From Tubulanus polymorphus (Eukaryota; Animalia; Nemertea), in NCBI RefSeq assembly GCF_964204645.1, contig NC_134035.1:9084451-9148450 (forward strand): a stretch of 64,000 nucleotides of DNA, in the 5' to 3' direction. This document shows, piece by piece, positions 25,001-36,900 of the stretch (positions within the stretch are counted from its first letter, which is position 1; each line of letters begins with the position of its first letter). A program made the translations under genes and the position numbers. The notes under the pieces are model-generated. The model did not search any database, was not told the origin of the DNA, and saw only the letters and a program-made list of their open reading frames with translations.

Positions 25001-27005
25001 TGACCAAAAATTCCCCGATTGAACTATCAAATATCGCCAGGAGTGATTTTCTCAAGAGGCAAACTCTAACACCAGCTGGAGAGCGGGCGGTTAAAGAAAT
25101 AAAGTCCAAATATGGAGAGGCATTGTGGAGAACGACTGTAGACTGGTTGCCTGTCAAATTCTGAATCTAGACTGGTTGCCAGTATAATAAGTTAAGCGTT
25201 ACGTTGAATGCGTGTCTTTCATCGCACATCAAGAAGTTGTTCCCAAGAAATTCCCCAATTTTCCATGCAGGGAAAAGTATCTCTGGTATTCCATGATTTT
25301 CCCTGATCTGTTAAAACCCGGATGGGAATTAGACGAGTGAGAGAGCGATGATTAACAGAATTACCTGATTAATGGATTATCACTTTTATCAATTGCATCT
25401 ATCTTTACAAGCACCATCGGAGTTCTAGTTAAATCTTTTAATATTCCCTGAAATCATCGAAAGTTAAGTGTAAATTGTAGTTTTGTTCATCGGCTTAAAA
25501 CTACTGATATTTCTACTATCAAAACTGCGTAGTTGCCTTAAATTAATTCTTAAGTTAATCCAGAACGGACCCATCTACATCTAAACTTACCAGAGTTCCA
25601 TCTCTTAAATCGATGTTATTTTTAGGCGCCACATCATCAAGAGTTAGAAATTGCTCTTCACCATCGTCAGCATCATCAGCAACGTCATCCCCATCATCTC
25701 CTCCACCGGCCGTGGCGCCTGCTTTCTTTCGGTTATTCTTTCTGAATTAGACAACAACAATTTCATATTAAATATTCGTTTAACTTTAACGGTTTGCTTT
25801 CATAATTTCGGTTCATAATTGCTTACTGCGTCGCGGTGACCATCTCTAAAACTTTACACACATAACTGTACAAGTACTCAACCTGCAGGTACAGAAACAA
25901 TTATTAAACATTTGATTCCAATTCGATTCAAATATCCCACCAAAAAATTCAACAACTCTAAGAGTTAATCAGGGTGGCCACTGTTATTTCACTTGTTTTT
26001 CCCCCGACTATTCCCTGACATATATCAGCTAAGGATCCGATCAATTAACAGTTAAATACATAAGACATAGACATAAACTATTTAATTTTACACGTGATAA
26101 TTATCCCTGACTTTTAAAAATATATTTCCATTATTTCTAGCTCCGACTATAATTACACCTATTTGTATCATTCTCACCTAATTGATTTGAGTGAGGTGTA
26201 CTGAATTATCAAAAAGTTTCTCAAATTACGAAGAAAAAGCCAAGCACAAACCTTTTTGCTATAAACACAAGCCGAGCCTTGTATGAGCATCGCCGCCTCG
26301 GCAAAATTCACCGTAGTTTTCCCTCCATCAAACGATATCTGAATCTGACCGACCTGTGAATGAAACTCATATTTTTTTATCTCACAAAATTATACGTCGA
26401 ATGGGGAATTTTGTCATCCTTGATCAAATTCAATACTTTTCGATTCAACTTTGAATTCATTTTCATCGATGTCTATTTTTACGGCAAAATTCTAATAATA
26501 CGCAAAGAATCGAAGAACAAGTCGATGTTAATAGGAATCTTCGATCCAAGCTCGTCTTCCAATAATCCTTTCCCTCAATTTTTCAGGGATGAAAATATAT
26601 TGAAAAAGTCGGAAAATATCCCGAATTAGAGCCGCTTTTCCAATGAGACGCCATATTGGTTTCTTCGACTCCACAATTGTGCTAACCAACGCCAAAAACT
26701 GTCTTAAGGAGCACTCCTTAAGGGGCTCCGATATGACGTGCGTGATTGAGGCGATTTACACTGATCTCAGGAATGACGAAAATAAAAGAGAAAGTCGGCA
26801 ATCCGTCTATGGTTGGAAGATTTTCATCCCCGATTTTTAGATTTAATTAACGATGATGATAAAATGTGGGAACCTGTTGAAGGTAGTCGTCTAATTGCTC
26901 CGCTATTTGAACGTTCCAATTTTCGTTCAGATCGCGAATGATCGGATGCATCAACTGAGCGAGATGCCCGGCTGCATCACCGCCTGCCGCTGCAGTTTCA
27001 CCCAT
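19041..27005 (-). CDS. NCAPH2: Condensin-2 complex subunit H2 (kleisin beta), ~15 exons
   Basis: Exon 27005-26874 ([25 protein letters not shown]), 26353-26252 ([29 protein letters not shown]), then VEYLYS. C-terminal exons give [29 protein letters not shown] and ANNYNLQI...LKLLS, ending at the stop at 19041. These match the CAP-H2 N- and C-terminal domains. Confidence 0.93.
21150..21211 (-). ncRNA. Pre-miRNA-like hairpin 1, miR-29-family seed; predicted 3p UAGCACCAAGUGAUACCAGGCC
   Basis: ~60-nt fold-back cctggtat...ataccagg in an NCAPH2 intron. Two G-U pairs on the minus strand; CNNC (CUAC) at +18. Confidence 0.8.
22350..22410 (-). ncRNA. Pre-miRNA-like hairpin 2; predicted 3p UAGCACCAAGUGAUACUAGGGC
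   Basis: Stem cctagtatcacttg/caagtgatattagg plus an upper stem; CNNC (CUUC) at +18. Confidence 0.8.
22786..22845 (-). ncRNA. Pre-miRNA-like hairpin 3; predicted 3p UAGCACCAAAUGAUACCAGGAA
   Basis: Stem ttcctggtatcatttggtg/cacacaaatcatatcaggaa; CNNC (CGAC) at +16. Confidence 0.8.
22957..23021 (-). ncRNA. Pre-miRNA-like hairpin 4; predicted 3p UAGCACCAAGUGAUACCAGGAA
   Basis: Stem ttcctggtatcacttggtg/cacacaagttataacaggaa; CNNC (CAUC) at +16. Confidence 0.8.
23094..23164 (-). ncRNA. Pre-miRNA-like hairpin 5; predicted 3p UAGCACCAAAUGAUACCAGGGC
   Basis: Stem tcagccctggtatcatttggtgctagc/gctatcacacaaatgattccaggcctga. Confidence 0.8.
23217..23280 (-). ncRNA. Pre-miRNA-like hairpin 6; predicted 3p UAGCACCAGGAGAUACCAGGGC
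   Basis: Stem with compensatory changes (tcctg/cagga); CNNC (CGUC) at +18. Confidence 0.78.
23462..23523 (-). ncRNA. Pre-miRNA-like hairpin 7; predicted 3p UAGCACCAGGUGAUAUCAGGAC
   Basis: Near-perfect stem tcctgatatcacctggtgctagt/actagcacacagattatatcagga with a compensatory A-U pair. Confidence 0.8.
24262..24522. mobile_element. Representative of an abundant CAGGGTGGCCAC...GTGGCCACCCTG non-autonomous element family
   Basis: Terminal inverted CAGGGTGGCC/GGCCACCCTG with internal TTCCCTGA repeats. Related copies lie near 3757, 5700, 9044, 15450-15665, 19262, 25970, 36353, 38550, 40675, 41588, 50413, and nested at 53903-54546/54193-54529. Superfamily uncertain. Confidence 0.7.
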
Positions 27006-27329
27006 CTTCGTCGTTCGTTCAAAATTCTCGTCTAAAAATGAATAGCAAAAAAAACACACACAATTATCATTCGTTATTCTTAATCACGAAAAATGGATTC
27101 TAAAAGATATCTGATGTAAAAAGCTGATAATTCAAACAGAGTATTACGTATCACAAATATTAGAAGTATAAACGTCGAACGGACAAGTCCGGGTCGTAGT
27201 CCGAACTTTGAAACGAATTTCGCATCGGAGTTCTAATCGTAATTAATGATTCTACAACCTCAAATACGGCTTCATTTTTGTGACCAATAATTCGTCAACA
27301 TTAAGTCATACCAATATCTCAAAATTACA

Positions 27330-27490
27330 GCGTCAAAAAGCGGGAAACTTCGCGAATATCAACCGCATAATTCGCGGTCTGCACATCGGGCGCCATTTTG
27401 AATATCGCGGTGTTTGGACTGGTTCCGCGACGGAAAATACCGAGACTGGTTCCGCTCCGAAAAGAAGCGCGGATTTCTACGCGATTGCGG
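27330..27490. promoter_or_regulatory. Putative bidirectional promoter between NCAPH2 and MEI4-like
   Basis: CpG-rich patch with an E2F-type site GCGGGAAA (27340-27347; TTTCCCGC on the minus strand) and a YY1-like CGCCATTTT (27391) overlapping a CHR-type TTTGAA. It lies between divergently oriented genes. Confidence 0.5.
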
Positions 27491-28830
27491 ATCACTTATT
27501 CAAGACAGATTTTTTCAGACAAACAACACTCTAATTAGGATAGATAAGGATAGATTTTAATTATTTTTCAAAATTTATAATCGACGAGAGTAGATAGCTT
27601 TGGAAATTAATGCGCGCACGGATCGGACTACTGGTCGCACACTCGCTTGCCACAGAAAATAGAAATCCCTTCAAATAGTACACAATCTAACTTACCCTGG
27701 CTACGCGCTTTTCAGGCTTGTAGAGGGTGTTTCTCGGTTGTTTTCTTCAGCCTTTTCCTCTATATATGCTAAAAAATAAAATTCAATCGGATTGATATAA
27801 TCAGATGACGCAAAATACACGAGATTTCGAAGTCGGGTTTTCACTTACTGGTATTTGAAGTTACACACGATTGAAAGCCCTTTAAAAACCATATCTAACT
27901 GCCTTGGCGATTAATTTAACTAATACTGACAGTATAAATCCCTCAGACGCCCGTTGAACCGACGGGAGTCGACGAGAGTTCAACCAGAATGAAAATCAAC
28001 GAAAAGAATTCATTACCGGAAACAACTTCTCCACACTTGATAATCCTAAAATGTGGATATCTGCAAATGGCTCTATGCCATATAAGTCCAAGAGACGTCT
28101 TGTGTGTCAACCGGCCATAATAAATATTTTTGAACTTTTTTCCAATACTTTGTTCCCCATATTGTCTTTATAGTCATTAATGAGCTATTCGTTTTGCATT
28201 TCGCGTATCAAAATAATACGGGTTCGAACCCTGAAGTTCGCGCATGGACGTTGGTCACGCTCAATGAATGTGGAGCCCCGGGGAAATATGAACCGTGAAA
28301 TCTGCGTCAAAACGTGCCGTCAAAACAAACAGTGAAAAAGTGATTTCAGATGAAAAATAGTTAAAATCGAACTCGGGATGCATGATTATTTCATGAGCTG
28401 GTTTTGACCAGCTGCTGGGTTATGCCATGGTCGAGGAGGATGAGTTGGGGGGTTAAGCCCAAAGAGGGACTATCGGGCTAAATCAGGAACGAAGTGACAC
28501 CGGATCGGAGCGGAACCAGACTTGAGGCTTAATTTTGAAGGACTTGTCGCATCCTAAAATGGGCACATTCATGTCGAAGCAGGCAGCATTGGATCCAAAT
28601 TTGAGTTCTATGATTACTCCCGCGCTGAAATCCACCAACCCAATTATCTTTGTTGTCTAAAAAGGCACTCAAAAATGTGATGGACTTCACGTCCTCCTGC
28701 TGGCCTAGGTCCGCACCTGCACATCAAATGAAGAAACAACACTATTTTTTCAAGTTCGTTAGGTTCTCCGTTAAATACTTCTGGCAACAGTTAGAAACAA
28801 ATTATCTATATGAATTATGTTTTCAGTACG

Positions 28831-29922
28831 ATGGATGCTACAGATGAAGAAAATGAACACACTCCAGTGCATACTGACGTCTCTGAGGCTGATATACACG
28901 AGGTCCTATCGATGAAAATAGCCACAGCAATCGCCATCATATCTCTGAAACCAGACGGACTGACAGGCGAACAATACGCCCGAATCCTCTTTCAACAGAT
29001 GCACGATCGACTCGAGAATATGACGAAAACATCGGCGACGCGTGAAAACGAGGAATTCGAACTGCGTCTTCGAGTGGAAGATTTGGAAAAACGACTCGGC
29101 GAGGAATCCGCAGTACCAGCACCAGCAGCAGCCGCAGTTGATTGCGATGAATCACTGTCGACTGTCAGCAGCCGCGTGGCACGAGGTCCTCGTACGTTTT
29201 TCAAGAGCTATCAATTCTTACAGACTTATTCCAAACTCAGTCGATCGGAACAAATATCGAAAGTCGAATCGCTCGACGAAAATTTGGCGACTATTTTCGA
29301 AATTATTCGCCGTTTAGTAAACAACGACGATCCGGAGAATCGGGAGCGAGAAACGTCGTTTAAGGTGATGAATCGCGCGTTGGTGATAATCGCAGAAACG
29401 ACTAAACTCGAAAATGCGGATGACGTCGTTCAGAACGCGATGATATCACACATTAATAGATTCCTGGACGAGCTCATAACGACGCTTTACGAACAAGACC
29501 CATTCGATGAAAGTTCGTCGTCGTCATCATCGCCCGCCGTCGATAAACAATTCCTCGTGAATTTAGCCGGGATTTTAACCGGTTGTTCGGCCAGAGTTTT
29601 CGTGCGTAGTTTCGAGGAAATTCTGTCACGAATTGGCGAATTCACGAACGAGCTGCGCGAATGGAAACGAGGCGAAGGCGCTGCTGAACGCGAATTGGAC
29701 CCGGTTCGTTGCGAAAACGTTTACTACTTGATGAAACTGGGCGAAGATTCTTTACGCGCCGTTTGTGAAAATCCCGATTTAAAGCGCGCTTTGAGCGACG
29801 AAAAATTTGCCGAATTTCAGAATTTAGCCGACGATTGTTTACTGCACGTATCGGACGAGTTTCCCATGTTTTGCTGTTGCATGTGGACGTTACAAGATTT
29901 AATGGAACGAATTAGAAAATAG
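28831..29922 (+). CDS. MEI4: Meiosis-specific protein MEI4/Rec24-like, single coding exon
   Basis: N-terminal KIATAIAIISLKPDGLTGEQYARIL and C-terminal LLHVSDEFPMFCCCMWTL resemble the conserved MEI4 signature motifs. The ATG at 28831 follows a ttttcag acceptor, implying a 5' UTR intron. Confidence 0.75.
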   Translation: MDATDEENEHTPVHTDVSEADIHEVLSMKIATAIAIISLKPDGLTGEQYARILFQQMHDRLENMTKTSATRENEEFELRLRVEDLEKRLGEESAVPAPAAAAVDCDESLSTVSSRVARGPRTFFKSYQFLQTYSKLSRSEQISKVESLDENLATIFEIIRRLVNNDDPENRERETSFKVMNRALVIIAETTKLENADDVVQNAMISHINRFLDELITTLYEQDPFDESSSSSSSPAVDKQFLVNLAGILTGCSARVFVRSFEEILSRIGEFTNELREWKRGEGAAERELDPVRCENVYYLMKLGEDSLRAVCENPDLKRALSDEKFAEFQNLADDCLLHVSDEFPMFCCCMWTLQDLMERIRK

Positions 29923-30959
29923 CTCAAATTTTGTCTTGAAAAATTCCTCATTAAATGTCCGAATCCGAGCTAGAAATTGAAAACGACTTACTTTTTCTTA
30001 AGTTTTTCAGAAATTTTATTTTTCCCTCTATTCGAACTATGCGACATATGAAAATTAGAGACTAATTTTTACTTCTTTCGTTTTTTTAAATAAAGGAAAT
30101 CTCTACAAAAACGTATCTACAAATAATAATAAATAGCACAGGTGATAGTTTTCATTTCTGTAACAAAAATCACTGCATAAGTCATGGAATGTAAAAAAAA
30201 TACATAAATAAGAATTCTGTCAGTATTAATTCGTTTTTTTAAGTGCTGTACAGATTTTTGGTGGATAATTAAATAATGAACTCGTAATGAAATGCAAGAG
30301 AAAATAAACAATGAATGCAACAAAGACATACTCTGTTTTTTAATAAGACCTGCTGTTACCGTAATATTGATTATTTTTGAGTTATGGACGGACAATTGTT
30401 TTCACTGTATCGATGACATCTACACTGGTATTAATAAACAATATTAAAACATTTCTGATTAGTTTTACCATGTACTCTAAAACGAATAATTTAAGAGTCC
30501 ATGGTTTTACATGCCACATACATTTAGGTATACATGAACTATTATATATAAGACTGCTTTACTCATCAAGGGTGAGGGTGCAAGAGGTGCATACCCTATC
30601 TCCCCCTAAAAATGTCGAGTTGCCCAGGGAAAATGAAAGATATTTAACTGATACCTAAAAATTTTCAATTTATAAGCTCATTCTCTGTACTTCCAAAAGT
30701 TAGTAAACGTTTTGCAATGAGCTTTCTTTCAGGGATGCCCTTTTCATTATATAATGTGCCCTATTTTGGGGGTGCACCCCTCCCTGAATCAGACGCTAGG
30801 TCCACCCCTGCTCATTAAGCTTTGAAAAAAGCAATCTCATCAGAACTTCATCCACTTCATTGGTATAGAGGTTCTAAGCAGTCGAATGTTATACAAGATT
30901 AAATTTGGGAAATGTGATGCATCATTGAGGCAGCATTTTTTCCTTATATTTCGTATTGT

Positions 30960-33900
30960 TTAATTCCATGGATTCTTTTTATCCCCAGCTTCCAATGAAT
31001 CTAAAAATACATCAAAAATTCCGAAATCACATTCAAAATTCAGTTAAAAACAAGTTTTTTACTAGTGACACTCCAAAAATTCTACTCACCAGTAACCGAG
31101 ACATTCGTCAGATTCGATTTCCTCAACTGGATTTCATCTTGAGACATTTGTCTCAGATCTTTACGCGATATTCTGACCGGGGTCAGAGCACCGGGTTCGG
31201 CCGACTGATCCACAGCGGTAGACGCTTCAAACATGTCACCCTGCGATCTCTCAGGCCGCGGAGTATCCCTGGAAATAGTTAAAATAGTTACAGGATGAAT
31301 TACATTCCGATCTTACAAATCCCTGTTGAGTGCCACAGAAGAGGAAAGAAAACAATACCTGTTTGATTTCGGTGTTCTCACACTATCCGGCGTTATATCC
31401 ACACCTTCAGTAGCACCGATATGAGCCATCAATTCTCTCATCTTCCTCTTCAAATCGCGACTAGTTTTTTTGTAATAATACAGATCTTTCTCCAGCTGAT
31501 GAATCCTACGGATTAGATAACGGGTTATTCATTTATTATGTAAGCATCAGGGCAGGGCTAAGGGCAATTGCATACTAGAATGTATGTGCAAAAATGAGTC
31601 AGGGGAAGGGGTTCATGCTGTTGAAAAAATACAATTGCTTTCCCTGGAACAATTTGCTACTCTAAAAATCCCTAAAAAATTGTTCTAATTCTTTATTTTT
31701 CGCCTTATAGTGTTCCTGAAATTTGTATTCTGATTAAAGCCATATTATGGCTTCGATCAGACATGCAGAAAGCAGCAAAGATCGAACATTCATTCAAAGA
31801 TTTTTTCACAATAAACGTCAAACACTAGTACCCGGTATCTTACACGGAAAATTTCCAGTACCGCGTAGTGTCTGACAATAAAGTTTAACGATGATTTGTG
31901 CTATCATTCTTACAGGATTTGGGTGATACGTATATACAACATATTTTGTCCACTAATTGTGCATAGAATTGATGGCTGTCTGCTACCTATCGTACACATT
32001 TCGTAAGATCTGACTCACAGGTCCTAGCTAGACCATGCGTACGTACTATATGGATGGCCCCTAATGCTAGGATTGCCAGTTCTATATTCTCAGGGTTCAG
32101 TTTCAGTGACTAGGTGTAAATACAGCCAATAACAAATTGACTGTTAATTGTGGAGTGCTATACCATATTCATAAGACTAAGAGGCTAATCCTTAACTCGC
32201 ACAAGAGATAAATAAACTCACTTGGTTTCTTGTGAATAGTCAATTTTAGTCAAGTCTGATTGACTACCTCCGAGTTGTTTCATTAATGCTTGGATTTGTT
32301 GTTCGTATTCCTGCTGTTGCTGCGTCAGTTTACGATCCATCTCTAAAGTGTTGTGTTCCAGCGTGTTCTCCATCTCTTTCACCAGACGTTCCTGTTCATC
32401 GATTTTCATCTGAAATCACAAATAGTCCGATAGATAATTAGAATAACACAGATAAATGAAGACCGGTAAGGTTGAAAAAACTGATACCTTGTTTCTGCTA
32501 AATAATTTACCTGGCCGGCTGCCTATCTACCCTGTACATTACTTTTTTTGATATCATGATCAAGTATTATGGACTCGGCAGTTTATTGCAGTTAACAAAA
32601 TGACGGATTAGGAGAAACAGGTATCATTCTTTTTTAGCCTAAACCCTCCGTTAGTGAACACTACTGTGAATACCTCCAAACAGTTTTTTCTTGGACCCAA
32701 TAAAAATTCTCAAAGAAGTGAACCCTCTCGAGAGTGAATGTTTTGTAAACGTGGTCAGCACTGTCAAGAGGTTTTTTTTTGTTAATTCAAAATGAATTCA
32801 GACATACCTCTAACTCACTACACTGTAGTTCATGTTGGTGTTCCGATTCTCTCAAATCGACCACTTTCTCAAAGTATTTAGACAGTAACGCTTTAGCATC
32901 CGACAGATTCAACATCTGCAGACGGCCGAATAAATTATCTTCACTCTGAAATATAACATTGAAGCCGATGAAAGCAGAATTATCATTTCTCATCCCAATC
33001 AGGGTATCTATGTTGGTAGCTTATGTACAAAATATGTCCTTTCCCACATACAAGTTGAACCAGATCAAAATTTAGTCAAACCCACAAAATCCAGATTCAG
33101 TTCATTCTGGATATTGATCTAATCTTAAAATCATTTAAGTCCATGAACTGTTCACATATATGTAGGTAAGATTATTTTTCTAACTTATCCCAAGAAATAT
33201 TAGTAAGTATAAAGTACCTACGGACTATGCAAAATGTATGCTTTCCCTAGGCCGACTACTTTATATGAGTTGAACCAGATGTAAATAATTAACTATCAAA
33301 AGTCATTCAGACATTTTACCAACTCTTTTCTCAAACTCTTTTCCCTTCGCTCCCCTCACCTTCTCTATATCTCTCTCTTCGCGAGACTTACTTGGGAAAG
33401 TATCTGCGATCTACGAATGTCGTCTCGTTGATTTTGAATCGTATCATTTTTATATTCGATGGCTGCGTCCAACGCTTCGATCGCCTCATCCAGTTCTATC
33501 AGTCTGCGTTCCTCTTGTGGAGACAGCAGAGTTCCGTCGTGTAGTTTACTCTCTAAAACGTTACGTTGTCTGAGTAGACGCTCTTTACCGGTCGATAAAC
33601 TCTTCATCTCTTCCATCAACACAACCTGCTGATCTTCGGTCATCGACGCCACTTCTTGTGACTTTTCTTCTAGTTTCTTCTCGACCTGTTCGAGTTTGTT
33701 CGAAACAACCGAAATATCTTTGCTTAGAACTTGACTCGAACGAAGTTTCTTCATTTCCAGTTGACTTTTCTCTTCGAGCATCATTTCCTTTTTGGATACG
33801 ATATCCTCGCGTCGATGTAGGTCCTAGAATTGATCGGAAAATATTTCAAAACAAGACAAGAGGAAAATTCAAGACTTAATGAACAAAACCCATAGTTGAT

Positions 33901-36900
33901 ACACATGTAATAACAATTTATTCCAACAGTTTTGAAGTAGAGAAAAGAAAATGTCGGAATCGAAACTGTCAGAATTAATTTTCAAATCATCAACTGTGGG
34001 TTTTGTTCATTAACTCGAAAATACTGAGATCAATATCTGTCTAAAAGTCAAAATTCTGGACGTTTTTCAGTGCTAGCATATTCACCTCTTGTAACTGAAT
34101 GACTTGTTGTCTTTGTAATAACACTTTCTCCACCTCGCTGTCCAGCCATCTTTTTTGCTCATCCAATCTTTCTTGCTCTTCGCTGAAATTCATTACAAGA
34201 CAATTCGAATCTTGTTACGGAGAACCTATTGCGGCTATCTTATTCACTGCACCCTCAGACTACTGACACACAGATTCAGAGTGGTTTTACTGATCAGTGT
34301 AAAATAATCCCCCATTTAACAATCATATAAAACATTTAATGTCTCAATTCATCTACTTATTGAATAAATGTATACATGATATTGCTGGTATTACAGGTAA
34401 TAAAGTATATTACCTGGTATTACTGGTAGTTGAGCCGTGTCTCAGTTTTCGCTGTACAGCCGCGACCTCTTCGGTTTTTCGTTTCAATATTTTCTGTTGT
34501 TGTTGATTTCGTATTTCGAGTTCTTTGGTTTTTTGCTGTTCTTTCTGCATTTCACGCTGTGGACAGAAATATCAATCATTCCTTATAGCAAACAGTACAG
34601 AGCTGTTCACAATAGATATCGGTGACCCTGAATCGTTGAGACAACCGACCTCTAATTTAGATTTTCGTTCTGTTTCCTCTTTCAATTTGCGTTGTAAATT
34701 GTCTTGTTGTTGCCTCATCTTTTCCACAGCATTTTCTAAACCTTGGATTCTGTAATCGTAAAAGAAACAGGACATTCAAAATACACGACGGCTCGGTCAT
34801 ACCGTAACTACCACTGCTATATTCGACTTAATCGTACTTACTTTTTCTCATTTTGTTCCGGAATTCTCGTTATTCTCTCCGTTTCTCGTTTCTTTTTCTG
34901 AACGACTTGAATTCTAGTTTTCGCAGCCTCGATTTTCTTCTGAAACTCACTGAAAAATATATGAAATTCAAGATTCCGAACCTACATCGACATTTGAAGC
35001 TAAGATTAATATAAAGTATATACTATACTCTACTAGTTCATATTTAGATGATTTCATTTCTGGCTATAGCTACATGCAGTTTTATCTACCTTTGTAATTT
35101 ACGTTTTTCGCTGGTTTCCTGTTTTTCCAGTTCAGCCATGGCTTTCTGCATTTCCAAATGTTCATTCTTCGCCGTTAAATGCTCCTAATAAAACATTCGT
35201 AGAGTAGCCGTGTTAACCAGGTTTAAAATAAGTAACGAGACGAGTAGTACTATATAGGTTAAATACTTATTTGACGCACGAGCTTTCGCTTCTAATGAAT
35301 AGAAGCTTCATCAGGTGAATGAGTATAGTCAATGGAAAAACAACAGTATTTGAAAATTTGAAATTTGAAGTATTTGAAACAATGGAAAACAACTGTTGTT
35401 TTTCCATTGACTATACTCATTCACCTGATGAAGCTTCGATTCATTAGAAGCGAAAGCTCGTGCGTCAAAGAAATAGTTTACCTATACAGTACTACTCGTC
35501 TCGTTACCTAATAAAACAGCACAGTATAGTCAGTATATTATAAATTGAAACGGTCCAACAGACCACTCATTTCTGAAATACCTTCTCAAGTTTTTTAATC
35601 CGCTCCGCGTATTGCTTATTGACCGTTTCAGACTCTTTGCTCGTTTTCACCAATTCCCTGATCAACTGTTCTTTCAATCTGGAGAATATCAAACAACACA
35701 ATGAAATCAAAAACTAGGATAGTGCTAGAATAAAGATAGAAAAATAAATACGCTTGATATCATGGTTGTAGATAGTTGTTTCCAGTGTTGATAAATATCA
35801 TGGAGAGGAACCCACAATATCAATTTAAACAACTGAGTTACTTTTGTTTTTTTCTTACGTTTTCAGGTGGAATCCTTTCAGCCACTTGCAGAGTTTATTT
35901 GAAAAACTCTGAAGGCAGGTGGAATGATTCCACCTGAAACATAACATTAAAACATTAACAGTTGTTTAAATTGATATTGTGGGTTTCTATATAATGATAT
36001 TATTTTGTACCTAATATTGATCGCTAAATCTCTCATTTTCTGATTAGCGTTCTGTAATTTCAGCTGAGATTCTTTGATTTTGCGTCGTTGTAAATCGGTA
36101 CTGATATCGTTCCTCATAGCCGAGTCTGTTCGACTGGCCCAGACTTCCTCAGAATCTACGGTATCTACTCCAGCACCGGTAGCAGCATCTGCAAAAAACA
36201 AAATACATCTCGACTAATATGAACAATTCAAACAAGTCAAAATAAAAAGTACACAGTTCTGTATTGTAAATGGATTGTGAGAAAAACCTAGTTCACAAAC
36301 AGTGGAACTTGGTTCAGGTCCACAGTTCTAGATTTTTTAGCCAGTTTGAATTCAGGGTGACAATTTTCCACCAATTTACTAATTCGCTGAGTTTTCCTTA
36401 CACTTTATTCTTTTTTTAATGAATTAGATATTGATAAAGAAATGCGTTGGTCGATCACATGTTAAACTCCCCAAGTTTTCCAGCTTTTTGGCAAAATTTG
36501 TCAAATTCCCTGAGTTTTCGAGGTTTTTTTCCAGGTCAGTGGCCACCCCGCAGAAAATGTTTGAGCAGAACAAGCATTACTTGTACTCACACTGGTACTC
36601 ACACTTACACACACTATCTATCCATAATCATAGAACTGGACGAAGATGTATGCGAAATTCAGCTGAAAATTTGAGTATTTTCTAATTTTCTTAAGCATAC
36701 AATGCGATGAATTCCTATATCTACGGTACCTTGTTGTTTTTGACTTTTAGCCGAGTGGCTCAGCGGAGGTTTCTTATCTTTAGCACTTTTTGAAATTTTG
36801 TACGTTCCACGACGTTGAAATGGTTGACCGCTGAAAACGATACACACGCGTGAAAAATAGAGAACTTAAGATTTCTATTGAAAAATGAATCCGGGAATGA

